A stretch of 64,000 nucleotides of DNA from a virus, in the IMG/VR virus record IMGVR_UViG_3300027762_000001. The stretch is one strand, 5' to 3'. Positions 11,701-19,862 of this stretch are shown piece by piece (the stretch's first letter is position 1; every line of letters begins with the position of its first letter). The position numbers and the translations under genes were made by a program. The notes below the pieces were generated by a model. It had not been told where the DNA came from, ran no database searches, and saw nothing but the letters and a program-made list of their open reading frames with translations.

Positions 11701-12613
11701 TATATCTATCAAAAAGGGTGCAAAGGGAACATTTGATATAGTTAGAATAAGTAATGTTGACCATAACGTTCCTCACACAAAAGAAGGTGCTAGTCAAAAG
11801 ATTAAAGTTTCTATTGGTGATAATGTAATAAAGGGTGACTTTTTAACTTACGGAGATATAGATGATATAAATGCTGGAGAAAAATTAATATTATCAGCAG
11901 ACCCAAGAGAGATGTTTGCGTTGAAGAGTGAAGAGCTAGGTCAAGATAAGGCATGGGATTATACTCAGAACTATTTAACTAACAGCATACAAAGAGCTTA
12001 TGAAGATACATTTGGAATAGGGGCTGTAGATAATAGGCATTTAGAAACAGTGGTGTCTAAAATGACTTCGAGAGTTACGATAATGGATCCGGGAGATTCA
12101 AACTTTATAAGAGGCGATGTAGTAGAAAAGAATCAAGCAGACCAATGGAACTCTATCAATGCTGGTGAGTTTAGTGTTAAAACTAAGAATGTAAGTAATG
12201 CAGGTGAAATCTTAAACAGTGTTGCGCATGAAACATATAAAGATAGAGCTGGAAATACAATAGTTTCAAAAGGTGATATGTTTACAGAAGAAAATATTCC
12301 AAAATTAATGTTAGCAAATATAAGCCAAGTAAAAGTTAAACCAAAGCCAGTTAAATATAATATAGAATTATTAAGTAAGAATCAGGCGGTAACAAAAGGG
12401 CATGATAATTGGCTTAGTAATATGGGTCATGAAAATGTAAAAGAACAATTAACAAGAGCGGTTGTTAAAGGACAAGTTGATAAATTAAATGACCCTAGAA
12501 CTAGACTCATGACAGGAAAGCTGTTAAATATCGGTGAAGGGTTTAATGCTGTTAAACAGAAAGCTAACAGTATTGCAAATAGGATGTTCAACTTCTTTAG
12601 TAAAGATGATTAA
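5783..12613 (+). CDS. rpoBC: single-chain fused beta-beta' DNA-directed RNA polymerase (phage-encoded)
   Basis: Beta motifs: PVETPES, HDDGNRTLMGTNMQRQA, GFNYEDG, GDKISGKHGNKG, PSRKNLGQ, QRLGEME. Beta' motifs: LGKRVDFSGRSVI, NRAPSLH, catalytic NADFDGD (10289-10309), SEPATQMTMNTFH, CQKCYG. No stop between the two halves. Confidence 0.95.
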   Translation: MIHEKTEDLKRRLMNFMQRNTPIKADTRSLHIENLTITEPSAVNDLDQQLNMKYSESGNLKGWLRGNVTVTDNKTNKEIAKTNPINLIPVYYMTDRGTYISNGIEKNILTQMRLKPGVYTEKGADIRTNLMFDMTKQYLPRIDIIFDPGAMSFKIIIKRGKDTKFDGIGFLRELGFSDAEIKRAIGNDSVSDMLFSVSRERKSIYDIFKAITGKTSSDTPDKTRDMLFSYFDNEMTFGEDGKESVKSTINSSSKSLNKDIILRSVNKNFAVFRNEVEEDDKDDLRFKVVSDDNDLIMEEVAQDFEVFKSSVINTLNTREVLNSSDLRGLTKLGKNIDKFMKESDLSQNPEQTNPLEIASIDRKVTQIGGFQGISKDNADKVIKPRNLKAMAINRLDPVETPESTKIGLIEHLTQSAEVKNKTISTEFIKVKDGVAVNTLANVVKLTPDKEYDSKVAFYDLRYIRKDGNKIIFTKDVIPGRYKSKIQDIHISEIQYVDRAPQNLLNYAANMIPFVSHDDGNRTLMGTNMQRQAVSIINREVPLVMSASDDKRTYEDVIGEKYGKPVNSTTSGVVKDITSSRIIIKDEKGKEHAHNYYDHFPVNQSFINNELLIKKGQEVKKGQMLAEGWQTRDGKLALGANARVAYMPFKGFNYEDGVVVSKDFANKMSSEEMHQVEIEIYSDYLGGKGSNIRDELKKYTVNQEILTRLDKDGIIKEGSYVKPGNILVAFLAPEDKYETYGLSEVLGIKKKNVTYKLGQKIIEESSYLEGTVKRINIIESPEAGIKQKIVVSLLSEKSLKLGDKISGKHGNKGIITKILPTSEMPVAEDGKNVDLIFSPLAVPSRKNLGQLLEVNAGLIAEKKGKPFIVNNFDPKEKERVEKELKEIGIPDGKMKVSLRERQDDDSIKEIPVDNRVTVGNMYIMKLKHKIDDKVQSRSNIEGVAPERKTFMPAKKLGQAQGEKYNPQRLGEMEMRVLQAHGAVHNILESSTIKADGGGNEQNRIAIYNAIATGKLDSLDFSATPETINVMADTLKGLGLNVKPINNGDVAKSFDEAYDSLAVVPMKPSQMIKMIGKDNEVTQPKMYDAKAGGRQVPYRRGLADPEIFGDDKSSDLEDRKKWGYIKLGTPIPNPILMSNASYNPYSLITGMKDSQLKELMDGKKVMVIDPEKYEAFKGNKEKIEEVKANMDKLGFKPGDLVDPQKLEKLDLDSNVILWKAGGEGIQHLLDNVDLESELKKSEQKLKDAKPKDIDKHYKKYKSLLTLKNNNLNPGDLMLHYLPVTPHYFRPTQMQGKKVVLSDLSELYGNVIKSNNSIINNYESGFDMIGDSDPEQAARLTRSLYKTVSYATGDKEYYHPRKKRKMLGIIESLGKKEGLIRNKMLGKRVDFSGRSVIGVDPNLKLDEVGIPLDMAKNIYKPFIVKELMSRGLAKDRKEATKKIKKGDSDVKKILDDLAKDRPVLLNRAPSLHKFNIQAYTPVIKDYQDGEAVKIIQLNPLSVSGYNADFDGDTMSVHLPVTEKANEEAKKLMRPSDNLINPTNGKMIVEIRHEMALGIYYLTMSSDKVKGEGKTYSNIEQLRKDFKDGNINVKDKVTIGGKTSTAGQAMYNLLLPEKYRNYSLAWSAKDISKMFLEMYQEAERTNGKAISISEVSRILDNVKDLGFEASTRSGISIGIGDFKKIEDADQLFDSHVKKEMKTNKNPNDAKIQGWLKAEGEIQDRLKKGEILAYDNPVQIMMASGARSKPDQVRRMMVSVGVGMDLTDKLTSPVKHSHLDGLSPQEYWTHSYDSRKGMYDRTVETREPGAFSREVWSVTQDIVIKEKDCKTRDGISIPKSNPSALGRFLSEDVLGTSSIIATRDSLITKEVYDKIYKDETVKMIKIRSPLKCKVVNGLCQKCYGTMPGTMQTASIGSPTGVIASQALSEPATQMTMNTFHSGGTGSAATVGFPRIKQILNLSKDSESKAVLARTSGNVISIKKGAKGTFDIVRISNVDHNVPHTKEGASQKIKVSIGDNVIKGDFLTYGDIDDINAGEKLILSADPREMFALKSEELGQDKAWDYTQNYLTNSIQRAYEDTFGIGAVDNRHLETVVSKMTSRVTIMDPGDSNFIRGDVVEKNQADQWNSINAGEFSVKTKNVSNAGEILNSVAHETYKDRAGNTIVSKGDMFTEENIPKLMLANISQVKVKPKPVKYNIELLSKNQAVTKGHDNWLSNMGHENVKEQLTRAVVKGQVDKLNDPRTRLMTGKLLNIGEGFNAVKQKANSIANRMFNFFSKDD

Positions 12614-12620
12614 AACTTTA

Positions 12621-12644
12621 AAAGAGCCGAGAGGCTCTTTTTTT
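12621..12644 (+). terminator. intrinsic terminator after RNAP
   Basis: AAAGAGCC-GAGA-GGCTCTTT plus T-run. Confidence 0.85.
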
Positions 12645-12657
12645 ATTTTCCAAAAAA

Positions 12658-12674
12658 TAGCATTAGAAATAAAA
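12658..12674 (+). promoter_or_regulatory. conserved phage promoter-like motif (variant)
   Basis: TAGCATTAGAAATAAAA between a terminator and an RBS. Confidence 0.6.
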
Positions 12675-12697
12675 TTAATGAAAGGAAAGTGAATAGT

Positions 12698-12862
12698 ATG
12701 ATTAAAAAGATGAAAGAATGTTGGAGTGAAATGGATAGAGGTGAAAAATTAAAAACAGTATTATATGGTGCCGCAGGAATTGGATTTGTATTTATGGTAG
12801 CTGGGACATATGGAGCTGTAAAATTATCAAAAGAATTATATGAAATTATGAAACCGCAATAA
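12698..12862 (+). CDS. small single-TM protein (54 aa, MIKKMKECWSEM...), not in ORF track
   Basis: RBS AAAGGAAAGTG, hydrophobic VLYGAAGIGFVFMVAGTYGAV, flanked by the promoter motif and a terminator. Confidence 0.7.
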   Translation: MIKKMKECWSEMDRGEKLKTVLYGAAGIGFVFMVAGTYGAVKLSKELYEIMKPQ

Positions 12863-12864
12863 CG

Positions 12865-12891
12865 AAAAAGAGCCGAAAGGCTCTTTTTTTT
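12865..12891 (+). terminator. intrinsic terminator
   Basis: AAAAGAGCC-GAAA-GGCTCTTTT plus T-run; near copy of 12621-12644. Confidence 0.85.
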
Positions 12892-12898
12892 GCAATTA

Positions 12899-12917
12899 TA
12901 GCATAAGATATAAAAGG
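12899..12917 (+). promoter_or_regulatory. conserved phage promoter-like motif
   Basis: TAGCATAAGATATAAAAGG. Confidence 0.7.
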
Positions 12918-12923
12918 AAAGGA

Positions 12924-13139
12924 GTGATTAAAATGAGTGATAAAAATTCTAAAAAAACAAAAATACCATCTGATTTACATGAGGAAGATAAAGAAACTTT
13001 AAAGGAATTTATTGATTCTGGAGCTGATGTAGATATAAGAGATGAGGGAGATCATTTAGTTGCAAATATAACGAATTTAGACGAAGAAACAATAAAGTTT
13101 ATAAAAGAATATTTAGATATTCCTGATGATGAAAATTAA
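12924..13139 (+). CDS. small acidic hypothetical protein (likely start 12933)
   Basis: ORF with GGAGTG RBS, followed by a terminator at 13143-13168. Confidence 0.65.
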   Translation: MIKMSDKNSKKTKIPSDLHEEDKETLKEFIDSGADVDIRDEGDHLVANITNLDEETIKFIKEYLDIPDDEN

Positions 13140-13193
13140 TCTTGAGCTTTAATAAGCTCCTTTTTTTTGTCGTTTTTTATTTCCATTTTTTGG

Positions 13194-13210
13194 TAGTATA
13201 AGGAATAAAA
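13194..13210 (+). promoter_or_regulatory. conserved phage promoter-like motif
   Basis: TAGTATAAGGAATAAAA. Confidence 0.7.
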
Positions 13211-13227
13211 TGAAGGGAGATGATAGT

Positions 13228-13710
13228 ATGAACTATGAAGAATTTGCAGGCTTGCAAAATAAAGTATCAGAGCTAAATGGAAATTTTAGATTTAAAATTA
13301 TGCAAAAAGTATTTGAAGATTCAGGCATAAATTTTACAAAAAGAATGATGTTTTATTATATAGAAGATAATTTAATTCCACCAATTCATAAATTAAATAA
13401 AAATCAAGCTTACTATACAAAGGAGCATATTTACAGATACTATCTTATATCTTTATTGAAAGAGTGTCTGAGTTACGAAGAGATAAAAATATTCTTTGTG
13501 CAAAATAAAGAAGATATAGATAAAATGGATTCAGAAAAGTTGATAGAGTTAAATTTTAAGATACTGCCTAAAATACACACTGAATTATATAATAGAATTC
13601 TCTTAAGTGAAGAAAGAGAGCAGTGCGATTTTAAGAATCTTTATGACAAATTTGTAAATCTATCAATTTTATATAACTCTAAAAAAATGCTTATAAATAG
13701 AGATGAATAA
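13228..13710 (+). CDS. MerR-like/DUF1836-type HTH regulator
   Basis: TKRMMFYYIEDNLIPP...YYTKEHI....LI..LK..LSYEEIK is MerR-like; GGGAG RBS before ATG 13228. Confidence 0.6.
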   Translation: MNYEEFAGLQNKVSELNGNFRFKIMQKVFEDSGINFTKRMMFYYIEDNLIPPIHKLNKNQAYYTKEHIYRYYLISLLKECLSYEEIKIFFVQNKEDIDKMDSEKLIELNFKILPKIHTELYNRILLSEEREQCDFKNLYDKFVNLSILYNSKKMLINRDE

Positions 13711-13730
13711 AATGAAGGAGGATGATTGAT

Positions 13731-13931
13731 ATGTTTGTTAGCGTAGAGAAGGAGCGTAAAAAAAAATATTATGAAGAAAATAAAGATAAAATACTTGAGA
13801 GACAAAGAGAGAATAGAAGAAAAAAAAGATTGAAAAATAAACCAAAAGTAAAGGCCCGTCAAATAAATCGTTGGGTTGAAAATGTTTTAAAATATGTTGC
13901 AAAAGCAGAGAATCATGAGAGTGAAGAATAA
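13731..13931 (+). CDS. small basic hypothetical protein (KKYYEENKDKI motif)
   Basis: GGAGG RBS; similar to the repeats in 45524-45949. Confidence 0.6.
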   Translation: MFVSVEKERKKKYYEENKDKILERQRENRRKKRLKNKPKVKARQINRWVENVLKYVAKAENHESEE

Positions 13932-13946
13932 AAGGAGGATGATAAT

Positions 13947-14306
13947 ATGACAAATTTAAATGATGTACTAAAATATGCAAAGATAATAAATAAAATAATT
14001 GAACGATACACAAATGATAATGATATTGAAAAGTTTAAAAAGTCAATGGAAGGGATTGAAAGGAAATTAAAAAGAGATATAGCTAACAGTAAACCATTAG
14101 AAATTGGACCTTCAAATTTCTGTATGGGAGCACTTGTAATTGAAAAGGCTATTTCGCATTTACTAGAAATAAAATCTAGGCATGAGCCTAAATCACAAAA
14201 TATTAAATTGGTGCCAACAAGAAAGATTATCAAAAAAGATTTAGAAAAAATTAAAGATATTAGCGCTAAATCTTTTAAAAGATATAAAGAGGAATGTGAA
14301 GAATAA
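13947..14306 (+). CDS. hypothetical protein flanked by 30-bp direct repeats
   Basis: GGAGG RBS; repeats at 13921-13950 and 14296-14325. Confidence 0.7.
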   Translation: MTNLNDVLKYAKIINKIIERYTNDNDIEKFKKSMEGIERKLKRDIANSKPLEIGPSNFCMGALVIEKAISHLLEIKSRHEPKSQNIKLVPTRKIIKKDLEKIKDISAKSFKRYKEECEE

Positions 14307-14321
14307 AAGGAGGATGATTAT

Positions 14322-14411
14322 ATGAATTGGGATAAAATTACTGATATAGGCCTAGGAATAACTAGCATTATACTTGGAGTTGCATTAATTGCACTAAGAA
14401 TAAAAAAATAA
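14322..14411 (+). CDS. 29-aa single-TM peptide (MNWDKITDIGLGITSIILGVALIALRIKK)
   Basis: GGAGG RBS; followed by a hairpin terminator at 14418-14439. Confidence 0.6.
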   Translation: MNWDKITDIGLGITSIILGVALIALRIKK

Positions 14412-14443
14412 TCTACAGAGCTTCATAGCTCTTTTTTTTCGTC

Positions 14444-16060
14444 CTATAACGTCTGACCATAAGCACTAGAAAACGCAATACCAGTATCTCCAGCTTCAGG
14501 ATATAAAAGTTGAGCTAAATATGCATATATGCAGGAGTGCATACCATCGTCAGGTTGACCCTCTGGATGAGTGTAAATTAAATCTTCAGATCTTCCATTC
14601 TGACTTTTTCTATACTCTTTCATTTCAGCTAAGTGATGGTCAAACATCCACATAAATTTATCTTTATCATAACCTGCCCATGCAACTCTTTGTTCATATA
14701 CAAATCTTACATAGTTAGTTATAACTTTACTTCTATTTACAACCCATTTTAAATCCTTTTGGTCCCACTTTGTTTCTTCTTTTTGATTAAAAGAATAATA
14801 ACATGCCATAACTCTTAATCCAAATCTCTTTTGAAGTTCTTTATATTGAGTAAAACCAAAACCCCAGTCAACTATACAACATGCAATTTTAAAAATCTGC
14901 ATTAAGTTAGATATATCTCTTAACTGATAATCAGGCTCTATCTCTTCACTTCTATGATATTTTTTAGTATAAAGCATCTGATACTTTCCTTCTGCATTAA
15001 AAGAAAATATGCTAACTATAGTAAATGATTTTTCTCCTTTACCCCAGTCTACCCCCATGAAGTTTCTGGTGTTCGTAAAATAGCCTTCTGCTCGATTATA
15101 AAGCTTAAAGGTGTTATTAGATATCTGAGATAGAATTAAGTGGTTAAATGGCTTTTCTGCGTCCTCATAGCTACGTCCTAAAACCTCGTTATGAAACTTA
15201 TCCATTGAGTATGTTTCATACTTATCCCAAATGTCTCCAGGTAATATCCATGGCACCATAAGTTGCGATATTCTAAACCCATACATTTTTTTGCCAGGCT
15301 GCAAGGGATACCACATTCCACATGATATAGATTCTTTAGGAATTTCCATTCTACATTTTCTACATAAAAAAGCATCAGGGGATAAATTCTTAACCCCTAA
15401 TATCTGATATTTATTACAATGAGGGCATTTTACGACCCACTCATTTTGATTACTTCTATCCCAATACTGCTGAATTGTATTTCCGAAAGTCTTAGGTGTT
15501 CCTGTGTACCATGTAACTCTTATTCCTGCACCTGTATCTAAAGCATGAGACTGTGTTTCTTTTATAACAGGAATTGCATCTATGTGTATATCTTGTATTT
15601 CATCCCCCCAGATTCCGTTACAAGTTATACCCCTTATATTATCTCCATATTCAAAGCAATGCTTAAAATAATTAACAGAGCCATTTGTGAACTCTTTTAA
15701 CATAACAGCTTGAGCACAATTTTTATCTATGTAACTCTTTTTTATTATGCTCTCCTGACTATACTCATAAAGCTTTCCTATTCTCTCTCTTGAAAATGTT
15801 CTGACTTGCTCTGTGAGTGGAGCAAAATATAAAGCCCTAAAATGAGGTATTAAAAGAGTATGATTAGCCATATGTACAGAACTTGTCGTAGATTTCTCTA
15901 CCTGACGCCCCGACATTATCATACCCTCTTCTATAATACTATTATATATTGGCAATAGATAACTTCTATTTTTAAGCCTAAAAGGTTTCCCCTCTAACAT
16001 ATAGACGCTTTCTGCAAATGTTGAAGGAATAACCTCTAATTTTTTTTGCTCTTCACTCAA
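14444..16060 (-). CDS. terL: terminase large subunit
   Basis: Walker A-like SGRQVEKST, Walker B WGDEIQD, coupling motif TGTP, CPHC/CRKC Zn ribbon, RNase H-like GVDWG...DDGMHS. Confidence 0.88.
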   Translation of the reverse strand: MSEEQKKLEVIPSTFAESVYMLEGKPFRLKNRSYLLPIYNSIIEEGMIMSGRQVEKSTTSSVHMANHTLLIPHFRALYFAPLTEQVRTFSRERIGKLYEYSQESIIKKSYIDKNCAQAVMLKEFTNGSVNYFKHCFEYGDNIRGITCNGIWGDEIQDIHIDAIPVIKETQSHALDTGAGIRVTWYTGTPKTFGNTIQQYWDRSNQNEWVVKCPHCNKYQILGVKNLSPDAFLCRKCRMEIPKESISCGMWYPLQPGKKMYGFRISQLMVPWILPGDIWDKYETYSMDKFHNEVLGRSYEDAEKPFNHLILSQISNNTFKLYNRAEGYFTNTRNFMGVDWGKGEKSFTIVSIFSFNAEGKYQMLYTKKYHRSEEIEPDYQLRDISNLMQIFKIACCIVDWGFGFTQYKELQKRFGLRVMACYYSFNQKEETKWDQKDLKWVVNRSKVITNYVRFVYEQRVAWAGYDKDKFMWMFDHHLAEMKEYRKSQNGRSEDLIYTHPEGQPDDGMHSCIYAYLAQLLYPEAGDTGIAFSSAYGQTL

Positions 16061-16515
16061 GGAGTGTCACTTCCTTTAATTATGTGGTCATATGCACGAG
16101 TATATGAAAGCTCACCTTCTGCAGATAGATGTTCTCCCCAAGAAACTGTTGGTGTTGAAACTTCATCAATTGTAACTATCTTTTTATCTTTACTCATTAT
16201 TTCAGTACTTTCAACGCCATTTCTATCTTTTATAATTAAATAGTTTTTTATATCATAGTCGAAATTTTCTGCATTAGTAATAATTATACCAGCATTAATG
16301 CATTCTCCAAATTTAATGTACTTATCATTTAATGTAACGCCTACTCTTTTTCCTGTATATGATTTAACAAAATCAAAACAATCAGAGATATCATCATAAA
16401 AATTAACAGTTTCTCTTTGCTGATTTATTATATGATCCATCTTACTGTCCGTTATAGTGAGGAAACTTTTTATCTCTTTTATATCATTTAAAAATTCTTT
16501 TATTTTTCTAAACAT
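16057..16515 (-). CDS. hypothetical protein
   Basis: ORF overlapping the terL start; co-oriented. Confidence 0.65.
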   Translation of the reverse strand: MFRKIKEFLNDIKEIKSFLTITDSKMDHIINQQRETVNFYDDISDCFDFVKSYTGKRVGVTLNDKYIKFGECINAGIIITNAENFDYDIKNYLIIKDRNGVESTEIMSKDKKIVTIDEVSTPTVSWGEHLSAEGELSYTRAYDHIIKGSDTP

Positions 16516-16820
16516 AAGTCATCACCATCTAATAAGTCTTTTTTTCTTGCATCTATGCTGTGTTCAAATATTAATTTAATATTTGATACTGAGTCATCTT
16601 TTCTAGTATCAATAATTTGTTTAAAGTTATTTAACCTGCTAGCATATTTTACACTATCATTACTATGTATTATAATATTTATACAGTCCTCTTCACCAAT
16701 TAATAAATCACAAAATAACCTTAAGATATCTACTCTGTTAAGTTTATGCCTTTTTGCTAAATTACTAACTGCTGACTCTTGTTCTTCACTTAGTTCTAAT
16801 AATATTCTTTTTCTAAACAC
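16500..16820 (-). CDS. hypothetical protein, possible ribbon-helix-helix N-terminus
   Basis: RILLELSEEQESAVSNLAKRHKLNRVDILR resembles the CopG/RHH pattern. Confidence 0.5.
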   Translation of the reverse strand: MFRKRILLELSEEQESAVSNLAKRHKLNRVDILRLFCDLLIGEEDCINIIIHSNDSVKYASRLNNFKQIIDTRKDDSVSNIKLIFEHSIDARKKDLLDGDDLCLEK

Positions 16821-16940
16821 TATTTGATCACCCTACACCATCATAATATATATTTTTTTAAAAATCAATATATTATTCGTGCTTGATATATATATAAAGT
16901 TTTGATAGAATATATATCAAGCACCGAGAAAGGTGATGAA

Positions 16941-17207
16941 ATGACAAAAAAAACGGTGGGAGCTATTGTTTTTAAATTAGGAGATAACAGTGAAATTATT
17001 GAAAGATTAGAAGACGCGGGATTTGAAATCACGAAATTAAGTGAAAATGATTTTTATGTATATAAAGATGAGAACGACATAACTCCGATAGATGTTCTAT
17101 TAAAATTAAGAGAACTTGGAGTTTATGTATCAACTCAAAGTATAGTCAAGACATCAGTTTATTCCGGTGGAGAAGTATACAAAGAAAAAATAGAGTATTT
17201 AATGTGA
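16941..17207 (+). CDS. hypothetical protein
   Basis: AAAGGTG RBS before ATG 16941 (MTKKTVG). Confidence 0.65.
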   Translation: MTKKTVGAIVFKLGDNSEIIERLEDAGFEITKLSENDFYVYKDENDITPIDVLLKLRELGVYVSTQSIVKTSVYSGGEVYKEKIEYLM

Positions 17208-17214
17208 GGGAAAA

Positions 17215-17859
17215 ATGGCTAGAAAAAAAAGAAGTGTTAAGCAGATAGAAGAGTCAATCGAGACACTAAGTAATAAATTATTTGAAAGACTAAAAGAATT
17301 CAGAGATAGTGGAACTAAATTTTGTATAATTGATAGATTCAATGGATATGATTTTTTTGAAGTTTTTAAAGATGCGTTATATTCATATAGGTCAGATGCA
17401 GTTATTTGTGAAAGACTTTATTATGAAAAAAAATGTTATCTTGCAAAAAGAAAAACTTTTGACATCTCTGACGATGCAAAAAAACTTTATGAAAGCTTTA
17501 TAAAGTTTTCTAAAAAAATAGAAAAAGAGAATATTAGCGAATTATCAGATGAAGAAGTAAAACAAAGAGAAAATAAAATAGAAGATTATAAGAAAAAATT
17601 AGAAGACAATCCTCCCGAAGAAAAAGATATTAGTCTGTTATCATATAAAACTGACTTTAATGGGGAGGGATATTTAGTAACAGAATTAAATAAAATTTCA
17701 GATGAAATTTTATTACAGATAAGTAAAACGACAGTAAACTTTGTTTTTAGCTATTTTTCAACTTTTAAATATATGGCAATGGATGGATACTCAATTAGTA
17801 TAACGCCTATATTTAGTGAAGATTATATAGATATCATCGCCATAATGAAGGAAATGTGA
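17215..17859 (+). CDS. hypothetical protein
   Basis: 214-aa ORF with GAGGG RBS. Confidence 0.7.
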   Translation: MARKKRSVKQIEESIETLSNKLFERLKEFRDSGTKFCIIDRFNGYDFFEVFKDALYSYRSDAVICERLYYEKKCYLAKRKTFDISDDAKKLYESFIKFSKKIEKENISELSDEEVKQRENKIEDYKKKLEDNPPEEKDISLLSYKTDFNGEGYLVTELNKISDEILLQISKTTVNFVFSYFSTFKYMAMDGYSISITPIFSEDYIDIIAIMKEM

Positions 17860-17889
17860 TCACTATCCTGTAATTCTCCTTTTAATAAA

Positions 17890-17917
17890 TAGACTAGGGT
17901 TAAACCCCTAGTCTATT
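17890..17917. terminator. bidirectional terminator between convergent genes
   Basis: TAGACTAGGG-TTAAAC-CCCTAGTCTA hairpin. Confidence 0.7.
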
Positions 17918-19160
17918 TATTATCCTCATCCACTTCAAAACTTACTCCTAATTCATCTATACCCTCAATATCTTCTGGTATTATTTTTTCATCTAATGGC
18001 TCTATGCCAGACTCTTTTAATCTCTCATTTGTTTTTTTGATTTGCTCATCTAAAATATCTTCTGTTCTTTGTTTATAAAGTTCCATGAGTATTGCATTCG
18101 AATGTTTATCTGCATTACCCGTTGATACTCCTGTCTTTATATTCTCCACTTTATCATGAGCAAAACTCATGATTTTTGCAACTTTAAATAATGAATCAAC
18201 AACATCTCTATCTTTGTGTCCGTCTAACTGTAGGAATCTCTCATAACCTTTAGCCACAACATCTGTGAACATTTTTTCAAAATCACCCTGTTCTGCTTGA
18301 GCTGTTCTAAAGGAGAACTCGGAATACACCATGTTTAATGTTTTAATATTATCATCTAATTCTTTAACTCTTTGTTCTGATTGTTTTTTAATAACTAATT
18401 TCTCTCCAACCTCTAAATCTTTATACGCTGACAAATTATCTATATCTTTTAAAAGATTAACTAATGCTGCCTTTTCGCCTTCTAATGTCTTTATTTTAGA
18501 TTCTATATCATGAGTCTTTATATTGAAGAACACTTTCTTATAAAGACCTATATCATAATTAAAGATTTTCATATCTAAATTTTTATTACAATACTCGCAT
18601 ATTCTAGAATCTGGAACACATTCTAATAACATTTTATCTACCAAATATCTTTTTGGATGAATTAATATTTTTTCTATAGATTGTCTCGTAAATGTTGTAT
18701 CAATTAATCTTTCACCATTTTGGTCAACAGGGACATTTGTAGTTGAGCCATAAAATCTGACTATTTCATTTGCCCATAGAGCATCTACCTCTAAATCTTT
18801 TACCATTTTGCAAAAACTTTCTTGATCGTCTGGTGCATCAGATAGTTCAAGATTAAAATTTAATATATTTTTTTGAAATGCTTTACTCTTTTTATTTGTT
18901 AATATTTTATTCTTGTAATCACTATATACGTATCCTAAGTTATATTGTTTTATTACAGGGTCTATCACATTTAAGTAATATATAACAAGATTAGGCTCGT
19001 GAGGAGCTGAAAGTCCAAGTTTGAAAAGTTCTGCCTTTATAAAAGTTGGAGAGTATCTTTTTGTTAAAAGATATCTTATATATCTTACGTGTGGTTTTGA
19101 CTCAATTGCCTTTATTATGTTTATGCATCTTTCTTTGCTAAAATTAAAATCTGTAGCCAT
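17913..19160 (-). CDS. hypothetical coiled-coil protein
   Basis: 415-aa ORF with GGGGG RBS; acidic C-terminus. Confidence 0.7.
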   Translation of the reverse strand: MATDFNFSKERCINIIKAIESKPHVRYIRYLLTKRYSPTFIKAELFKLGLSAPHEPNLVIYYLNVIDPVIKQYNLGYVYSDYKNKILTNKKSKAFQKNILNFNLELSDAPDDQESFCKMVKDLEVDALWANEIVRFYGSTTNVPVDQNGERLIDTTFTRQSIEKILIHPKRYLVDKMLLECVPDSRICEYCNKNLDMKIFNYDIGLYKKVFFNIKTHDIESKIKTLEGEKAALVNLLKDIDNLSAYKDLEVGEKLVIKKQSEQRVKELDDNIKTLNMVYSEFSFRTAQAEQGDFEKMFTDVVAKGYERFLQLDGHKDRDVVDSLFKVAKIMSFAHDKVENIKTGVSTGNADKHSNAILMELYKQRTEDILDEQIKKTNERLKESGIEPLDEKIIPEDIEGIDELGVSFEVDEDNK

Positions 19161-19169
19161 GTCTACCCC

Positions 19170-19472
19170 CTACTTTATTGTCCTAATTTGATTATTTTTT
19201 AGTTCCTTCATTTTCTCTCCAGGCTTTTTAATTGTAACAAATGAAGTAAAAGAACTTTCGTCTGGAGCAATGCTTACATTTGTATAGTCCTTAACAATGT
19301 CCTCAACTAAGGTTCTAATTACAGGCATTAATTGTACAAGCTCTGGCATTACTTGCTCAGCTTCAATATTTAGCTTATCTTTCTTATTAAAAAATCTTTT
19401 TGCTGCCTCATAAATATCATCAAAAGGATTATTTTTAATATGCAAAATATATTTTTTAATTTGTGCGTTCAT
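19170..19472 (-). CDS. hypothetical protein
   Basis: GAGGGGTG RBS. Confidence 0.65.
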   Translation of the reverse strand: MNAQIKKYILHIKNNPFDDIYEAAKRFFNKKDKLNIEAEQVMPELVQLMPVIRTLVEDIVKDYTNVSIAPDESSFTSFVTIKKPGEKMKELKNNQIRTIK

Positions 19473-19567
19473 AACTCACCCCTCTTTCATTATTGCATAT
19501 CCGCGTCTTGTTTTCAAGTAAGATGCAAATTATGATAGTTTTGCGTTTTAAGTTTTTTTTAAAAATT

Positions 19568-19584
19568 TAGTATAAGAAATAAAA
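19568..19584 (+). promoter_or_regulatory. conserved phage promoter-like motif
   Basis: TAGTATAAGAAATAAAA. Confidence 0.7.
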
Positions 19585-19612
19585 TAAATTAATTAAAAGG
19601 GGAAATGAAAAC

Positions 19613-19828
19613 ATGAAATTTTTTAACTTTAGTGAGAAGGCAAAGAAGCGAATTAAAGTAGGAACGGCAGTTGGAACGGCTATTTTAGGGGTAGTACTTG
19701 TAGTTTTTGGATTCAATTCAAAAAGTAAAAATTCAGAAGAAGATTCAAATGACCAAGAAGACACAGAAAATGAAACTGTAGATAACAACAATGACGAAGA
19801 TAATGAAATAAAGATCACAGAGTTTTAA
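19613..19828 (+). CDS. small single-TM protein with acidic tail
   Basis: Hydrophobic VGTAVGTAILGVVLVVFGF; own promoter motif and terminator (19836-19862). Confidence 0.7.
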   Translation: MKFFNFSEKAKKRIKVGTAVGTAILGVVLVVFGFNSKSKNSEEDSNDQEDTENETVDNNNDEDNEIKITEF

Positions 19829-19862
19829 ATTTAATAAAGGGCCTAACGGCCCTTATTTTTTT

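Noticed and set aside
6469-11712. Antisense ORFs inside the RNAP gene, and similar shadow ORFs elsewhere (e.g. 24941-25723, 45338-45841, 59499-61037)
   Set aside because: They fully overlap well-supported genes on the opposite strand, lack RBSs and have S/L/F-rich shadow composition.
5783-12613. Cellular rpoB/rpoC locus (bacterial chromosome)
   Set aside because: There are no ribosomal-protein neighbours. The gene is flanked by portal and terminase genes and is strongly diverged and streamlined.
17913-19160. Terminase small subunit
   Set aside because: The position is suggestive but no recognisable motif was found; left as hypothetical.
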